Of a DNA stretch of 64,000 bases, positions 20,801-29,445 are shown one piece after another. Under the pieces are notes generated by a model. That model searched no databases. It saw nothing but the letters and a program-made list of their open reading frames with translations, and was not told the DNA's origin. This DNA comes from Candidatus Eiseniibacteriota bacterium (GTDB lineage: Bacteria > Eisenbacteria > RBG-16-71-46). Every line of letters starts with the position of its first letter. Positions within the stretch are counted from its first letter, which is position 1. The DNA lies in contig OY970178.1 of the NCBI GenBank assembly GCA_963707915.1, positions 1 to 64,000 of the forward strand, read 5' to 3'. A program made the position numbers and the translations under genes.

Positions 20801-21106
20801 GAGCCCTACGTCGTGCCCAATCCGTACGTGGGATCCGCCAGCTTCGAACCGGCGCGCTACGCGATCTCGGGCCGCGGCGAGCGGCGCATGGAGTTCCGCA
20901 ACGTGCCGCGGGGCTGCACCATCCGCATCTACACGGTGCGCGGCGACCTGGTGCGCACGCTCCGGCACGACGGGTCGCTCGACGGCTATGTCGCCTGGGA
21001 CCTGCGCACCAAGGACAACCTCGACGTCGCGCCCGGGCTGTACATCTTCCACGTCGAAGCTCCCGGAGTGAGCGCGTACACCGGGAAGTTCGCGGTCATC
21101 AAGTGA
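17829..21106 (+). CDS. Large (~1090 aa) secreted Asp-rich protein with FN3-like domain and PNPY...GKFAVIK C-terminal domain; broken by about 11 single-base insertions
   Basis: Coherent peptide segments move between ORFs 17784, 18109, 19327 and 19862. Removing 11 bases gives 3267 nt = 1089 codons. Features: signal peptide, DGIDNDDDGIIDE and DVGADG..GT.DTGEGDG Ca-binding-like motifs, PPPAPTVTAEAGDGHVRLSWD...FEGYRIYRS, C-terminal RIYTVRGDLVRTL...WDLRTKDNLDVAPGLYIFHVE...GKFAVIK. Confidence 0.75.
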
Positions 21107-21120
21107 GCGCGGGGGCGGCC

Positions 21121-22131
21121 ATGACGCGGCGGATCCTGACCTGGACGATGGCGATGGTGCTCGCGGCGCTCCCGGCGTTCGGCCAGAGCAAGACCGGCAC
21201 GACGATCGGCCAGTTCTTGCTCATCGAGCCGAGCGCGCGCATCGCCGGCATGGGGAACGCCGGCGTGTCGGCGCGGGACGGTCTCGACGCGGTCTACTTC
21301 AACCCGGCGGTGATCGGGCTGCTGCACGGCCACAACCTGCAGTTCACCCACAGCGCCTGGCTGGCGGACATCACCTACGACTACGCCGCGGCGTCGATCC
21401 CGGTCGGCAAGTGGGGCAGCCTGGTCGCGAGCCTGACCGCGCTCAACTCCGGCGAGATCGCCGTGCGCACGGTGGCGCAGCCGCTCGGCACGGGGGAGCG
21501 CTACTCGGTCTCGGACGTGGCCATCGGCGTCGGGTACGGGCGCCAGGTCACCGACCGCTTCTCCGCGGGCGCGAAGGTCACCTACGTGCAGGAATCGATC
21601 TGGAACTCCTCGATGAGCACGGTGGTGTTCGACTTCGGGACGCTCTACCAGGTGTCGGAGCGCGGCCTCAGCATCGGGGCGAGCCTCTCGAACTTCGGCA
21701 CCAGCGGGCGCTTCAGCGGGCGCGACCTGAGCATCGTCTATGACGGCGACCCGACCCGGTACGGCGACAACGGCGCGCTGCCGGGCGAGGTCACCACCGA
21801 GGCCTTCGCCGTGCCCACGTTCTTCCGGGTGGGCGTCGGCTTGCCGGTCCGCCTGGGCCCGCAGGCGAAGCTCCAGCTCGCGGTGGACGCGTTCCACCCG
21901 AGCGACAACACCGAGGGGATGAGCGCGGGGGCGGAGCTGGAGGTCGCGCGGCGGCTCGCATTGCGCGCGGGCTGGCAGGACGCCTTCCAGCAGGACACCG
22001 AGTTCGGCCTGACGCTCGGGGTCGGGCTGTGGGGCAAGCTGGACGTCTACGGCTACAAGGTGGACTACGGCTGGGCGGACCACCGGCGGCTCGGGGGCAC
22101 GCACCGCGTGACCATCGGACTGTCGTTCTAG
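21121..22131 (+). CDS. PorV/PorQ family outer-membrane beta-barrel protein
   Basis: Signal peptide, then KTGTTIGQFLLIEPSARIAGMGNA, YFNPA, WLADITYDY; amphipathic strands; ends THRVTIGLSF. Confidence 0.85.
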   Translation: MTRRILTWTMAMVLAALPAFGQSKTGTTIGQFLLIEPSARIAGMGNAGVSARDGLDAVYFNPAVIGLLHGHNLQFTHSAWLADITYDYAAASIPVGKWGSLVASLTALNSGEIAVRTVAQPLGTGERYSVSDVAIGVGYGRQVTDRFSAGAKVTYVQESIWNSSMSTVVFDFGTLYQVSERGLSIGASLSNFGTSGRFSGRDLSIVYDGDPTRYGDNGALPGEVTTEAFAVPTFFRVGVGLPVRLGPQAKLQLAVDAFHPSDNTEGMSAGAELEVARRLALRAGWQDAFQQDTEFGLTLGVGLWGKLDVYGYKVDYGWADHRRLGGTHRVTIGLSF

Positions 22132-22182
22132 GCGGGACAAGCGATCGACCCAAGGCTGACCGAGGTCGGCAGGAAGGCTCAC

Positions 22183-23757
22183 ATGCGAAGGCTCATCCTG
22201 GCGCTGACGCTGCTCGCGATCGGCGCCGCCGACGTCCGGGCGCAGACCACCGCGGCCCTGCTGGACACCGTGCAGCACGCCTCGTTCCTGTACTTCTGGA
22301 GCGAGGCCAACCCGGCGAACGGCCTGATCAAGGACCGCAGCACGGCCACGTCGCCGGCCAGCATCGCGGCGGTCGGCTTCGGGCTCTCGTCCATCTGCGT
22401 GGGCATCGACCACGGCTGGGTCACCCGCGAGGCGGGCCGGGACCGCGTGCGGACGACCCTGCAGACCTTCTGGACCGAACCGCAGGGCAGCGGCGCGAAC
22501 GGCAACATCGGCTACAAGGGCCTCTTCTACCATTTCCTCGACATGACCACCGCGGTGCGGACGTGGAGCTGTGAGCTCTCCACGATCGACACGGCGCTGC
22601 TGTTCGCGGGGATCCTCGATGCGAAGCAGTACTTCACCGGGGGCGACCCGGTCGAGACCGAGATCCGGGCCCTGGCCGACTCGATCTACTACCGCGCCGA
22701 CTGGGAGTTCGCCCGCAACGGCGCGCAGGGGATCTACATGGGCTGGAAGCCGGGCACCGGCTACTCGGGCTTCGGCCTGTGGCAGGGCTACAACGAGGCC
22801 ATGATCCTCTACCTGCTGGCGCTCGGCTCCCCCACCCACCCGGTCCCCGCGAGCACGTGGAACTACTGGATGAGCGGCTACCAGTGGACGACCCAGTACG
22901 GCCAGACCTACGTCGTCTTCCCGCCGCTCTTCGGCCACCAGTACACGCACTGCTGGGTGGACTTCCGCCAGCGGCAGGACGCCTTCGGGCGGGCCCGCAA
23001 CATCACCTACTTCGAGAACTCGCGCCGGGCCACCCTGGCGCAGCGCGCCTACGCCACCGCGAACCCGGGTGGCTGGGTCGGCTACAGCGACAGCCTGTGG
23101 GGCCTGACCGCCTCGGACATCAAGGGCGGGTACAACGCCCGCGGGGCGCCGCCGGCGATGAACGACGACGGCACGATCACGCCCACGGCGCCGATCGGCT
23201 CCATCGCCTTCGCGCCGGACGAAGTCATCCCCGTCGTGCGGAACCTGTTCCAGAACTACCCGCTGCTGTGGGGGGCCTACGGCTTCCGGGACGCCTTCAA
23301 CCTGAGCACGGTCCCGGCCTGGTACGATACCGACTACCTGGGCATCGACCAGGGACCGATCGTGCTGATGATCGAGAACCACCTCACCAGCGCGGTGTGG
23401 AACCGGTTCATGCTCAACCCGGACATCCAGAACGGGCTCACGCGCGCCGGCTTCACCGGCATCCTGGGCGTCGAGGACGCGCCGGCGCTCGCGCCGCAGG
23501 AAGTGCTCGCCTGGAGCCAGCCGAACCCCTTCACCCGCTCGACCACGATCCGCTTCCGGCTGCCCGTCGCGGGCCCGGTCCGGCTGGGCGTGTACGACCT
23601 GGCCGGGCGGCTGGTGTCCCGCCTGCTGGAAGAGACGCGGCCGGCGGGAGAGAATGCGGTCGCGTGGGAGCCGGGGGGGGTGCCGAGCGGGGTCTATTAC
23701 GTGCGGCTCGAGTCCGCCGGGCGCACGGTGACGAAGCGCTGCGTGAAGCTCCAGTGA
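22183..23757 (+). CDS. Glucoamylase-family (GH144-like) endo-beta-1,2-glucanase candidate with T9SS-like C-terminal domain
   Basis: ASIAAVGFGL, YKGLFYHFLD, ELSTIDTALL, YNEAMILY, LFGHQY, YFENSRRAT, WGLTASD, YGFRDAFN, GIDQGPI..MIEN; tail QPNPF...YDLAGRLV...SGVYYVRL...KRCVKLQ. Confidence 0.85.
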   Translation: MRRLILALTLLAIGAADVRAQTTAALLDTVQHASFLYFWSEANPANGLIKDRSTATSPASIAAVGFGLSSICVGIDHGWVTREAGRDRVRTTLQTFWTEPQGSGANGNIGYKGLFYHFLDMTTAVRTWSCELSTIDTALLFAGILDAKQYFTGGDPVETEIRALADSIYYRADWEFARNGAQGIYMGWKPGTGYSGFGLWQGYNEAMILYLLALGSPTHPVPASTWNYWMSGYQWTTQYGQTYVVFPPLFGHQYTHCWVDFRQRQDAFGRARNITYFENSRRATLAQRAYATANPGGWVGYSDSLWGLTASDIKGGYNARGAPPAMNDDGTITPTAPIGSIAFAPDEVIPVVRNLFQNYPLLWGAYGFRDAFNLSTVPAWYDTDYLGIDQGPIVLMIENHLTSAVWNRFMLNPDIQNGLTRAGFTGILGVEDAPALAPQEVLAWSQPNPFTRSTTIRFRLPVAGPVRLGVYDLAGRLVSRLLEETRPAGENAVAWEPGGVPSGVYYVRLESAGRTVTKRCVKLQ

Positions 23758-23827
23758 GGTCCGGCACGCAGCTGGTAGGTGTCCAGGCGGCTTGCGATGT
23801 GGCGGCCCGCCCGTGAAAGTGACGGCC

Positions 23828-24886
23828 ATGGCGACCATCCGGGACGTGGCGCGCGCCAGCAACGTGTCGATCGCGACGGTTTCGCGCGTATTCAACAAGA
23901 GCCCGCTCGTGAGCGAGGAGACGCGGCAGCGCGTCGCCGCCGCCGCGAGCACGCTCGGCTACTGGCCCAACGAGATCGCCCGCAGCCTCATCACCAACCG
24001 GACGCACACGCTGGGTCTCCTGCTGCCCGACCTGCACGGCGAGTTCTTCTCCGAGGTCATCCACGGCGCGGACCTCACGGCGCGGGAGAAGGGCTTCCAC
24101 CTGCTGGTGTCGAGGTCCAGCTCGAGCGCGGCGGAGCTGACCGACGTGCTGCGCTCGATGCGCGGGCGGGTGGACGGCTTGGTGGTGATGGCCCCGGGAC
24201 TGGACGCCTCCCGCGCGCTGCGGCAGGCCGCGGGCAGCGTGCCGGTCGTCCTGCTGAACCCCGAGGTGGAGCTGTCGGGCTGCGACTCGGTGAGCATCGG
24301 CAACTTCCAGGGCGCGTACGGGATGGTGCGGCACCTCGCCGCCCTCGGGCACCGGCCGATCGCCACCATCACCGGGCCACCCCAGAACATCGACGCGCGC
24401 CAGCGGCTCGAGGGCTATCGCGCCGGGCTGCGCGACGCGGGGCTGGAGGTGCGCCCCGACCTCGAGTTCCACGGCGATTTCACCGAACGGTCCGGCTACG
24501 AGGCGGCGCGCGAGCTGGTGCGCCAGCAGGGCGGGCCGATGGCGGTCTTCGTCGCCAACGACCACATGGCCCTCGGCGTGATGGGCGCGCTGCAGGAGGC
24601 CGGCCGGAGTGTCCCCGAGGACGTCGCGCTCGCCGGGTTCGACGACATCGCGATGGCGCGCTACCTGACTCCCGCGCTGACCACGGTGCACGTCGACATG
24701 CTGCAGATGGGCGAGCGGGCGGTCGATCTGCTGCTCGACCCGGAGCGGGACGTGGCGTCGCGGGAGGGCCGGCACGAAGTGATGCCCACCCGGTTGCTGG
24801 TCCGCGCCTCGTGCGGGGCGAGCCGCCCGCACGGCGCGGGGCCCGCCTGGGACCGCGGCGGGCCGGTCTCCCTGCCGCCTCGATAG
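23828..24886 (+). CDS. LacI family transcriptional regulator
   Basis: HTH ATIRDVARASNVSIATVSRV, YWPNEIARSL hinge helix, ANDHMALG, VPEDVALAGFDD, PALTTV. Confidence 0.95.
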   Translation: MATIRDVARASNVSIATVSRVFNKSPLVSEETRQRVAAAASTLGYWPNEIARSLITNRTHTLGLLLPDLHGEFFSEVIHGADLTAREKGFHLLVSRSSSSAAELTDVLRSMRGRVDGLVVMAPGLDASRALRQAAGSVPVVLLNPEVELSGCDSVSIGNFQGAYGMVRHLAALGHRPIATITGPPQNIDARQRLEGYRAGLRDAGLEVRPDLEFHGDFTERSGYEAARELVRQQGGPMAVFVANDHMALGVMGALQEAGRSVPEDVALAGFDDIAMARYLTPALTTVHVDMLQMGERAVDLLLDPERDVASREGRHEVMPTRLLVRASCGASRPHGAGPAWDRGGPVSLPPR

Positions 24887-24893
24887 ACCGCCC

Positions 24894-26363
24894 ATGGAGC
24901 TCCGCTGGCGCGACGGGAAGGTCCTGCGGCGGCCGCTGCTGGTCGCCGCGCTGCTCACCGCGGCGTTGGCCGCGGGCTCCGGGGAGGTCCCTCCGGCGGG
25001 GCGCGCGCACCCGGTGTCCCGGGCGCGGCTGGCGCGCGAGGCGGCGTTCCTCGACACGCTCGAGCAGCGCACGTTCCGCTGGTTCTGGGACCTCACCGAT
25101 TCGTCCACCGGCCTCACGCCGGACCGCGCGCCCACGCCCTCGTTCGCGAGCGTGGCGGCGGTGGGTTTCGGGCTCACCGCGTACCCGATCGGCGCGGAGC
25201 GCGGCTGGGTGACGCGTCCGCAGGCGCGCGATCGCGCGCTCGCGACGCTGCGCTTCCTCTGGCGGGCGCCGCAGGGCGACGCGCCGCGGGGGTGCACCGG
25301 CTACCGCGGCTTCTTCTACCACTTCCTCGACCCGCGGACCGGGCACCGCTTCGAGGACGTGGAGCTCTCCACCATGGACACCGCGCTGCTGCTGGCCGGG
25401 GCGCTCTTCTGCCAGTCCTACTTCGACCGGGACGATCCGCGGGAGGCCGAGGTCCGCGCGCTGGCGGAGTCGCTGTACGCGCGCGTGGACTGGGGCTGGG
25501 CGCAGGTGCGCCCGCCGATGGTCGTGCACGGCTGGGACCCGGAGAGCGGCTTCCTGCCCTACGACTGGCGCGGCATGAACGAGTCCATGCTGGTCCCCAT
25601 CCTGGCGCTGGCCTCGCCCACGCACCCGCTCGGGCCGGAGGTCTGGGCCGACTGGCTGAGGGGCTGCCGCTGGGGTACGTTCCAGGGCATCGAGCACGTG
25701 GGCTTCGCGCCGCTCTTCGGCCACCAGTACTCGCAGGTCTGGCTCGACCTGCGCGGGCTCCAGGACAGCCTGATGCGCGCGCACGGCATCGACTGGTTCG
25801 AGAACTCGCGGCGCGCCACGCTGGCCCAGCGGGCCTACGCGCTCGCGAACCCGGGCGGCTTCAGGGGCTACGGCGAGCGCCTCTGGGGCCTCACGGCGTG
25901 CGACGGCCCGGTGAACGACACCGTCGCGGTGGGCGGCCGCCGGCTGAGGTTCACCAGCTACGAGGCGCGCGGGGCCTCGTTCCGGGAGGTCGTCGACGAC
26001 GGCACGGTCTCGCCGGCGGCCGCCGGCGGCTCGGTCGCCTTCGCGCCCGAGGTCGTGGTCCCCATGCTGATGGCGGTGCGCGACACCTACGGCGAGCAGG
26101 TGTTCGGCGCCTACGGATTCGTGGACGCGCTCAACCCCACGCTCGACGTCGCGACCAGGGTCCAGCACGGGCGCGTGGTCCCGGGGGTGGGCTGGTTCGA
26201 CATCGACCGCCTCGGCATCGACCAGGGACCGATCCTCGCCATGATCGAGAACCACCGCAGCGGACTGGTCTGGAGGACGCTGCGGAAGAACCCGCACGTC
26301 GTGCGCGGCCTTCGCGTCGCGGGGTTCACGGGCGGATGGCTGGACTCGACCCGGGTGAAGTGA
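24894..26363 (+). CDS. Second glucoamylase-family (GH144-like) beta-1,2-glucanase candidate, exported, no C-terminal sorting domain
   Basis: ASVAAVGFGLTAYPIG, YRGFFYHFLD, ELSTMDTALL, LFGHQYS, FENSRRAT, WGLTACDGP, DDGT, YGFVDALN, GIDQGPILAMIEN. Confidence 0.85.
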   Translation: MELRWRDGKVLRRPLLVAALLTAALAAGSGEVPPAGRAHPVSRARLAREAAFLDTLEQRTFRWFWDLTDSSTGLTPDRAPTPSFASVAAVGFGLTAYPIGAERGWVTRPQARDRALATLRFLWRAPQGDAPRGCTGYRGFFYHFLDPRTGHRFEDVELSTMDTALLLAGALFCQSYFDRDDPREAEVRALAESLYARVDWGWAQVRPPMVVHGWDPESGFLPYDWRGMNESMLVPILALASPTHPLGPEVWADWLRGCRWGTFQGIEHVGFAPLFGHQYSQVWLDLRGLQDSLMRAHGIDWFENSRRATLAQRAYALANPGGFRGYGERLWGLTACDGPVNDTVAVGGRRLRFTSYEARGASFREVVDDGTVSPAAAGGSVAFAPEVVVPMLMAVRDTYGEQVFGAYGFVDALNPTLDVATRVQHGRVVPGVGWFDIDRLGIDQGPILAMIENHRSGLVWRTLRKNPHVVRGLRVAGFTGGWLDSTRVK

Positions 26364-27734
26364 TGCGAGGGCCCGCGGGCTTCGACCGGAGGGCCCGAGG
26401 CTGGCCCGGCCATCCGGCGCAGGTGCTCGAGTGGGGGGCCCGAGGCGGGTCCGCGGGCCTGCTCGCGCTGTTCCTCGCCGTCGCCCTCGCCGGCTGCCGT
26501 GGCACTGGAGACGGGCGCACCACCATCCGCTTCTGGGCCATGGGGCGCGAAGGGCGAGGTCGTGCAGGAGCTGGTGCGCGACTTCGAGCGCGAGAACCCC
26601 ACGATCCGCGTCGTGGTCCAGCAGATCCCCTGGGGCGCGGCCCACGAGAAGCTGCTCACCGCGCACGTGGGGCGCTCCACGCCCGACGTGGCGCAGCTCG
26701 GCAACACCTGGATCGCGGAGTTCACCGCCCTGCGCGCGATCGAGCCGCTCGACGGCCGGATCGCCGCGTCGTCCGCCGTCCGCCCGGGCGACTACTTCCG
26801 GGGGATCTGGGACACGAACGTCATGGACGGCGTGGCCTACGGCGTTCCCTGGTACGTGGACACGCGCGTGCTCTTCTACCGGCGCGACCTGCTCGCGCGG
26901 GCGGGCTACGACTCCATGCCCGGCTCGTGGGACGAGTGGCGGCGCGCCATGGAGGCGGTCCAGCGCGTGGCGGGGAAGGACCGCTTCGCGATCTTCCTGC
27001 CGACCAACGAGTACACGCCCTGGATCGTCTTCGGGATGCAGGCGGGCTCCCCGTTGCTGAAGGACGGCGACACGCGCGGCGCGTTCAGCGGCCCGGCCTA
27101 CCGGCGCGCGGCGGCGTTCTACCTCGACCTCTTCGCGCGGGGCCTGGCCCCCGCCGTGCAGGGCGCCTCGATCGCGAACCGTTACCAGGAGTTCGAGCGC
27201 GGCACGATCAACATGTACATCAGCGGACCGTGGGACGTGGGGGAGTTCCGGCGCCGGATCGCCCCCGCGCTGCAGTCCGCGTGGGCCACCGCGCCGCTCC
27301 CCGGTCCCGGCGGCCCCGCCACCGGCGTCTCGACCGCGGGCGGCTCGAGCCTGGTCCTGTTCCGCGCCTCGCGCCACCCGGACGAGGCGTGGCGGCTGGT
27401 CGAGTTCCTCTCCCGGCCCGAGCAGCAGTTGCGCTTCTGGCGACTGACCGGCGACCTGCCGGCGCGGGTCGAGGCCTGGCGCGACACCGCCCTCACGAAC
27501 GACCCGAACGTGCGCACGTTCGGCCGGCAGCTCGAGCGGGTGGTGTCGACGCCCCAGATCCCGGAGTGGGAGCAGATCTCGCTGCGGCTGCAGGACAAGG
27601 TCGAGGCGATGGTGCTCGGGCACGCGCCGCCCGATTCGGCGCTCGCCGCGCTCGACCGCGACGTCGACCGCATCCTCGAGAAGCGCCGCTGGCTGGTGGA
27701 GCGCGGGCGCCAGCGTGCCGGGGGCGCGCCGTGA
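26363..27734 (+). CDS. Sugar ABC transporter substrate-binding lipoprotein (one +1 frameshift near 26552)
   Basis: ATG overlaps the upstream TGA; lipobox LAGC, then TIRFWAMGRE|GEVVQELVRDFE joins ORF 26499..27734 (PDVAQLGNTW, VPWYVDTRVLFYRRDL). Confidence 0.85.
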
Positions 27735-28621
27735 GGGGCGTGGTCGAGGCCCGGCAGAACCGCGCCGGCTGGGCGTTCGTCGCCCCGGCCCTGGCGCTCA
27801 TCGGGATCTTCTTCTTCGTGCCGGTGCTGGCCGGCCTGTTCCTGTCGTTCACCGACTTCGACATCTACGCCATCGGCCGGCCGGACACCGCGCGCTTCAT
27901 GGGCCTGGAGAACTACCGCCAGGTGCTCGCCAACCCGCTCTTCTGGCAGGCGCTCGGCAACACCTTCCTCTTCGTGCTGGTCGGCGGGCCGCTCTCGGTG
28001 TTCACCTCGCTCGTGGCCGCGCTGCTGGTCAGCGCGAAGCGGGTGCGCTATCCAGGTCTCTTCCGCTCGGTCTTCTTCATGCCGGTGGTCACCACGCTGG
28101 TGGCGGTGGCGATCGTCTGGCGCTACCTCTACCACCCGCAGTACGGCCTGCTGAACTGGGCGCTGGGCGCGGTCGGGATCCATCCGATCGACTGGCTCGG
28201 CGATCCCCACTGGGCCATGTTCGCCATCATCCTGATGGCGGTGTGGAAGAACTTCGGCTACAACATGCTCATCTTCATCGCCGGGCTGCAGAGCATCCCC
28301 GAGGACCTCTACGAGGCGGCCCACCTCGACGGCGCCGGGGGCTGGGCCCGGTTCCGCCACGTCACGCTGCCGAGCCTCGCGCCGACCTTCCTGTTCGTGG
28401 GCGTCATGACCATGCTCGGGAACTTCCAGTTCTTCGCCGAGCCCTACGTCATGACGCAGGGTGGCCCGCTCAAGGCCACCACCACGGTCGTGCTCCTGAT
28501 GTACGAGGAGGGCTTCCGCTGGTGGCGCATGGGGCTCGCCGCGTCGCTGGCCTTCGTGCTGTTCGTGATCATGTTCCTCGGCACCCTGATCCAGATGCGC
28601 CTGCAGGGGGAGCGTCGATGA
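27731..28621 (+). CDS. Carbohydrate ABC transporter permease
   Basis: GTGA overlap; FMGLENY, AGLQSIPEDLYEAAHLDGA (EAA motif), YVMTQGGP. Confidence 0.93.
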   Translation: MRGVVEARQNRAGWAFVAPALALIGIFFFVPVLAGLFLSFTDFDIYAIGRPDTARFMGLENYRQVLANPLFWQALGNTFLFVLVGGPLSVFTSLVAALLVSAKRVRYPGLFRSVFFMPVVTTLVAVAIVWRYLYHPQYGLLNWALGAVGIHPIDWLGDPHWAMFAIILMAVWKNFGYNMLIFIAGLQSIPEDLYEAAHLDGAGGWARFRHVTLPSLAPTFLFVGVMTMLGNFQFFAEPYVMTQGGPLKATTTVVLLMYEEGFRWWRMGLAASLAFVLFVIMFLGTLIQMRLQGERR

Positions 28622-29445
28622 GGCGCAGGGCGCCGTTCGCCACGCTCGCCCTGCACGCCGCGCTCGTGTTCGGGGCGCTGGTGACGCTCACACCGCTCCT
28701 GTGGATGGTCTCGGCCTCGTTCATGTCGCCGGGCGAGTCGAACAGCTTCCCGCCCCGGCTCCTGCCGCAGGTCCCCACGCTCCAGAACTACGTCGACCTG
28801 TTCACGCGCCTGAACCTGGCGCGCTACCTGCTGAACAGCAGCCTGGTCGCGGTCTCGGCGACGCTGATCTCGCTCGTCATCAACTCGATGGCGGGCTACG
28901 CCTTCGCCAAGCTGCGCTTCGCGGGCCGCGAGCGCGTCTTCCAGGTCCTGCTCGGCGCGCTCGTCATCCCGGGGCAGGTGGGCATGCTGCCGCTCTTCCT
29001 GCTGCTCAGGGCCATGGGGCTGGTGAACACCATGGCCGGCGTGGTGGTCCCGTTCATGGCGGGCATCTTCGGCATCTTCATGATCCGCCAGTACGCGCTG
29101 AGCATCCCCGACGACCTGCTCGACGCGGCGCGCGTGGACGGCGCGGGCGAGTACCGGATCTTCTGGAACATCGTGATCCCGGTCATCCAGCCCATCCTGG
29201 TGACGCTCGCGGTCTTCACCTTCCTCTCCGCCTGGAACGACTTCATGTGGCCGCTGATCGTGCTGAGCGACGACGCCAAGTACACGCTGCCGGTGGCGCT
29301 CGCGAGCCTCTCGGGCGAGCACGTGCAGGACACCGGGCTGATGATGGCGGGCTCGGTGCTCACCGTGCTGCCGGTCGTCGTGCTCTTCGTCGTGCTTCAG
29401 CGCGCGTACATCCGCGGCGTGATGATGGGGAGCGTGAAGGGATGA
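28618..29445 (+). CDS. Carbohydrate ABC transporter permease
   Basis: ATGA overlap; NSMAGYAFAKL, SIPDDLLDAARVDGA, AWNDFMWPLI, TLPVAL. Confidence 0.93.
   Translation: MRRRAPFATLALHAALVFGALVTLTPLLWMVSASFMSPGESNSFPPRLLPQVPTLQNYVDLFTRLNLARYLLNSSLVAVSATLISLVINSMAGYAFAKLRFAGRERVFQVLLGALVIPGQVGMLPLFLLLRAMGLVNTMAGVVVPFMAGIFGIFMIRQYALSIPDDLLDAARVDGAGEYRIFWNIVIPVIQPILVTLAVFTFLSAWNDFMWPLIVLSDDAKYTLPVALASLSGEHVQDTGLMMAGSVLTVLPVVVLFVVLQRAYIRGVMMGSVKG

Noticed and set aside
17829..21106. Pseudogene or programmed-frameshift interpretation of the large cargo gene
   Set aside because: All lesions are insertions, no nonsense codons remain after repair, I saw no slippery motifs, and the same pattern affects unrelated genes. 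Assembly error is more likely, though unproven without reads.
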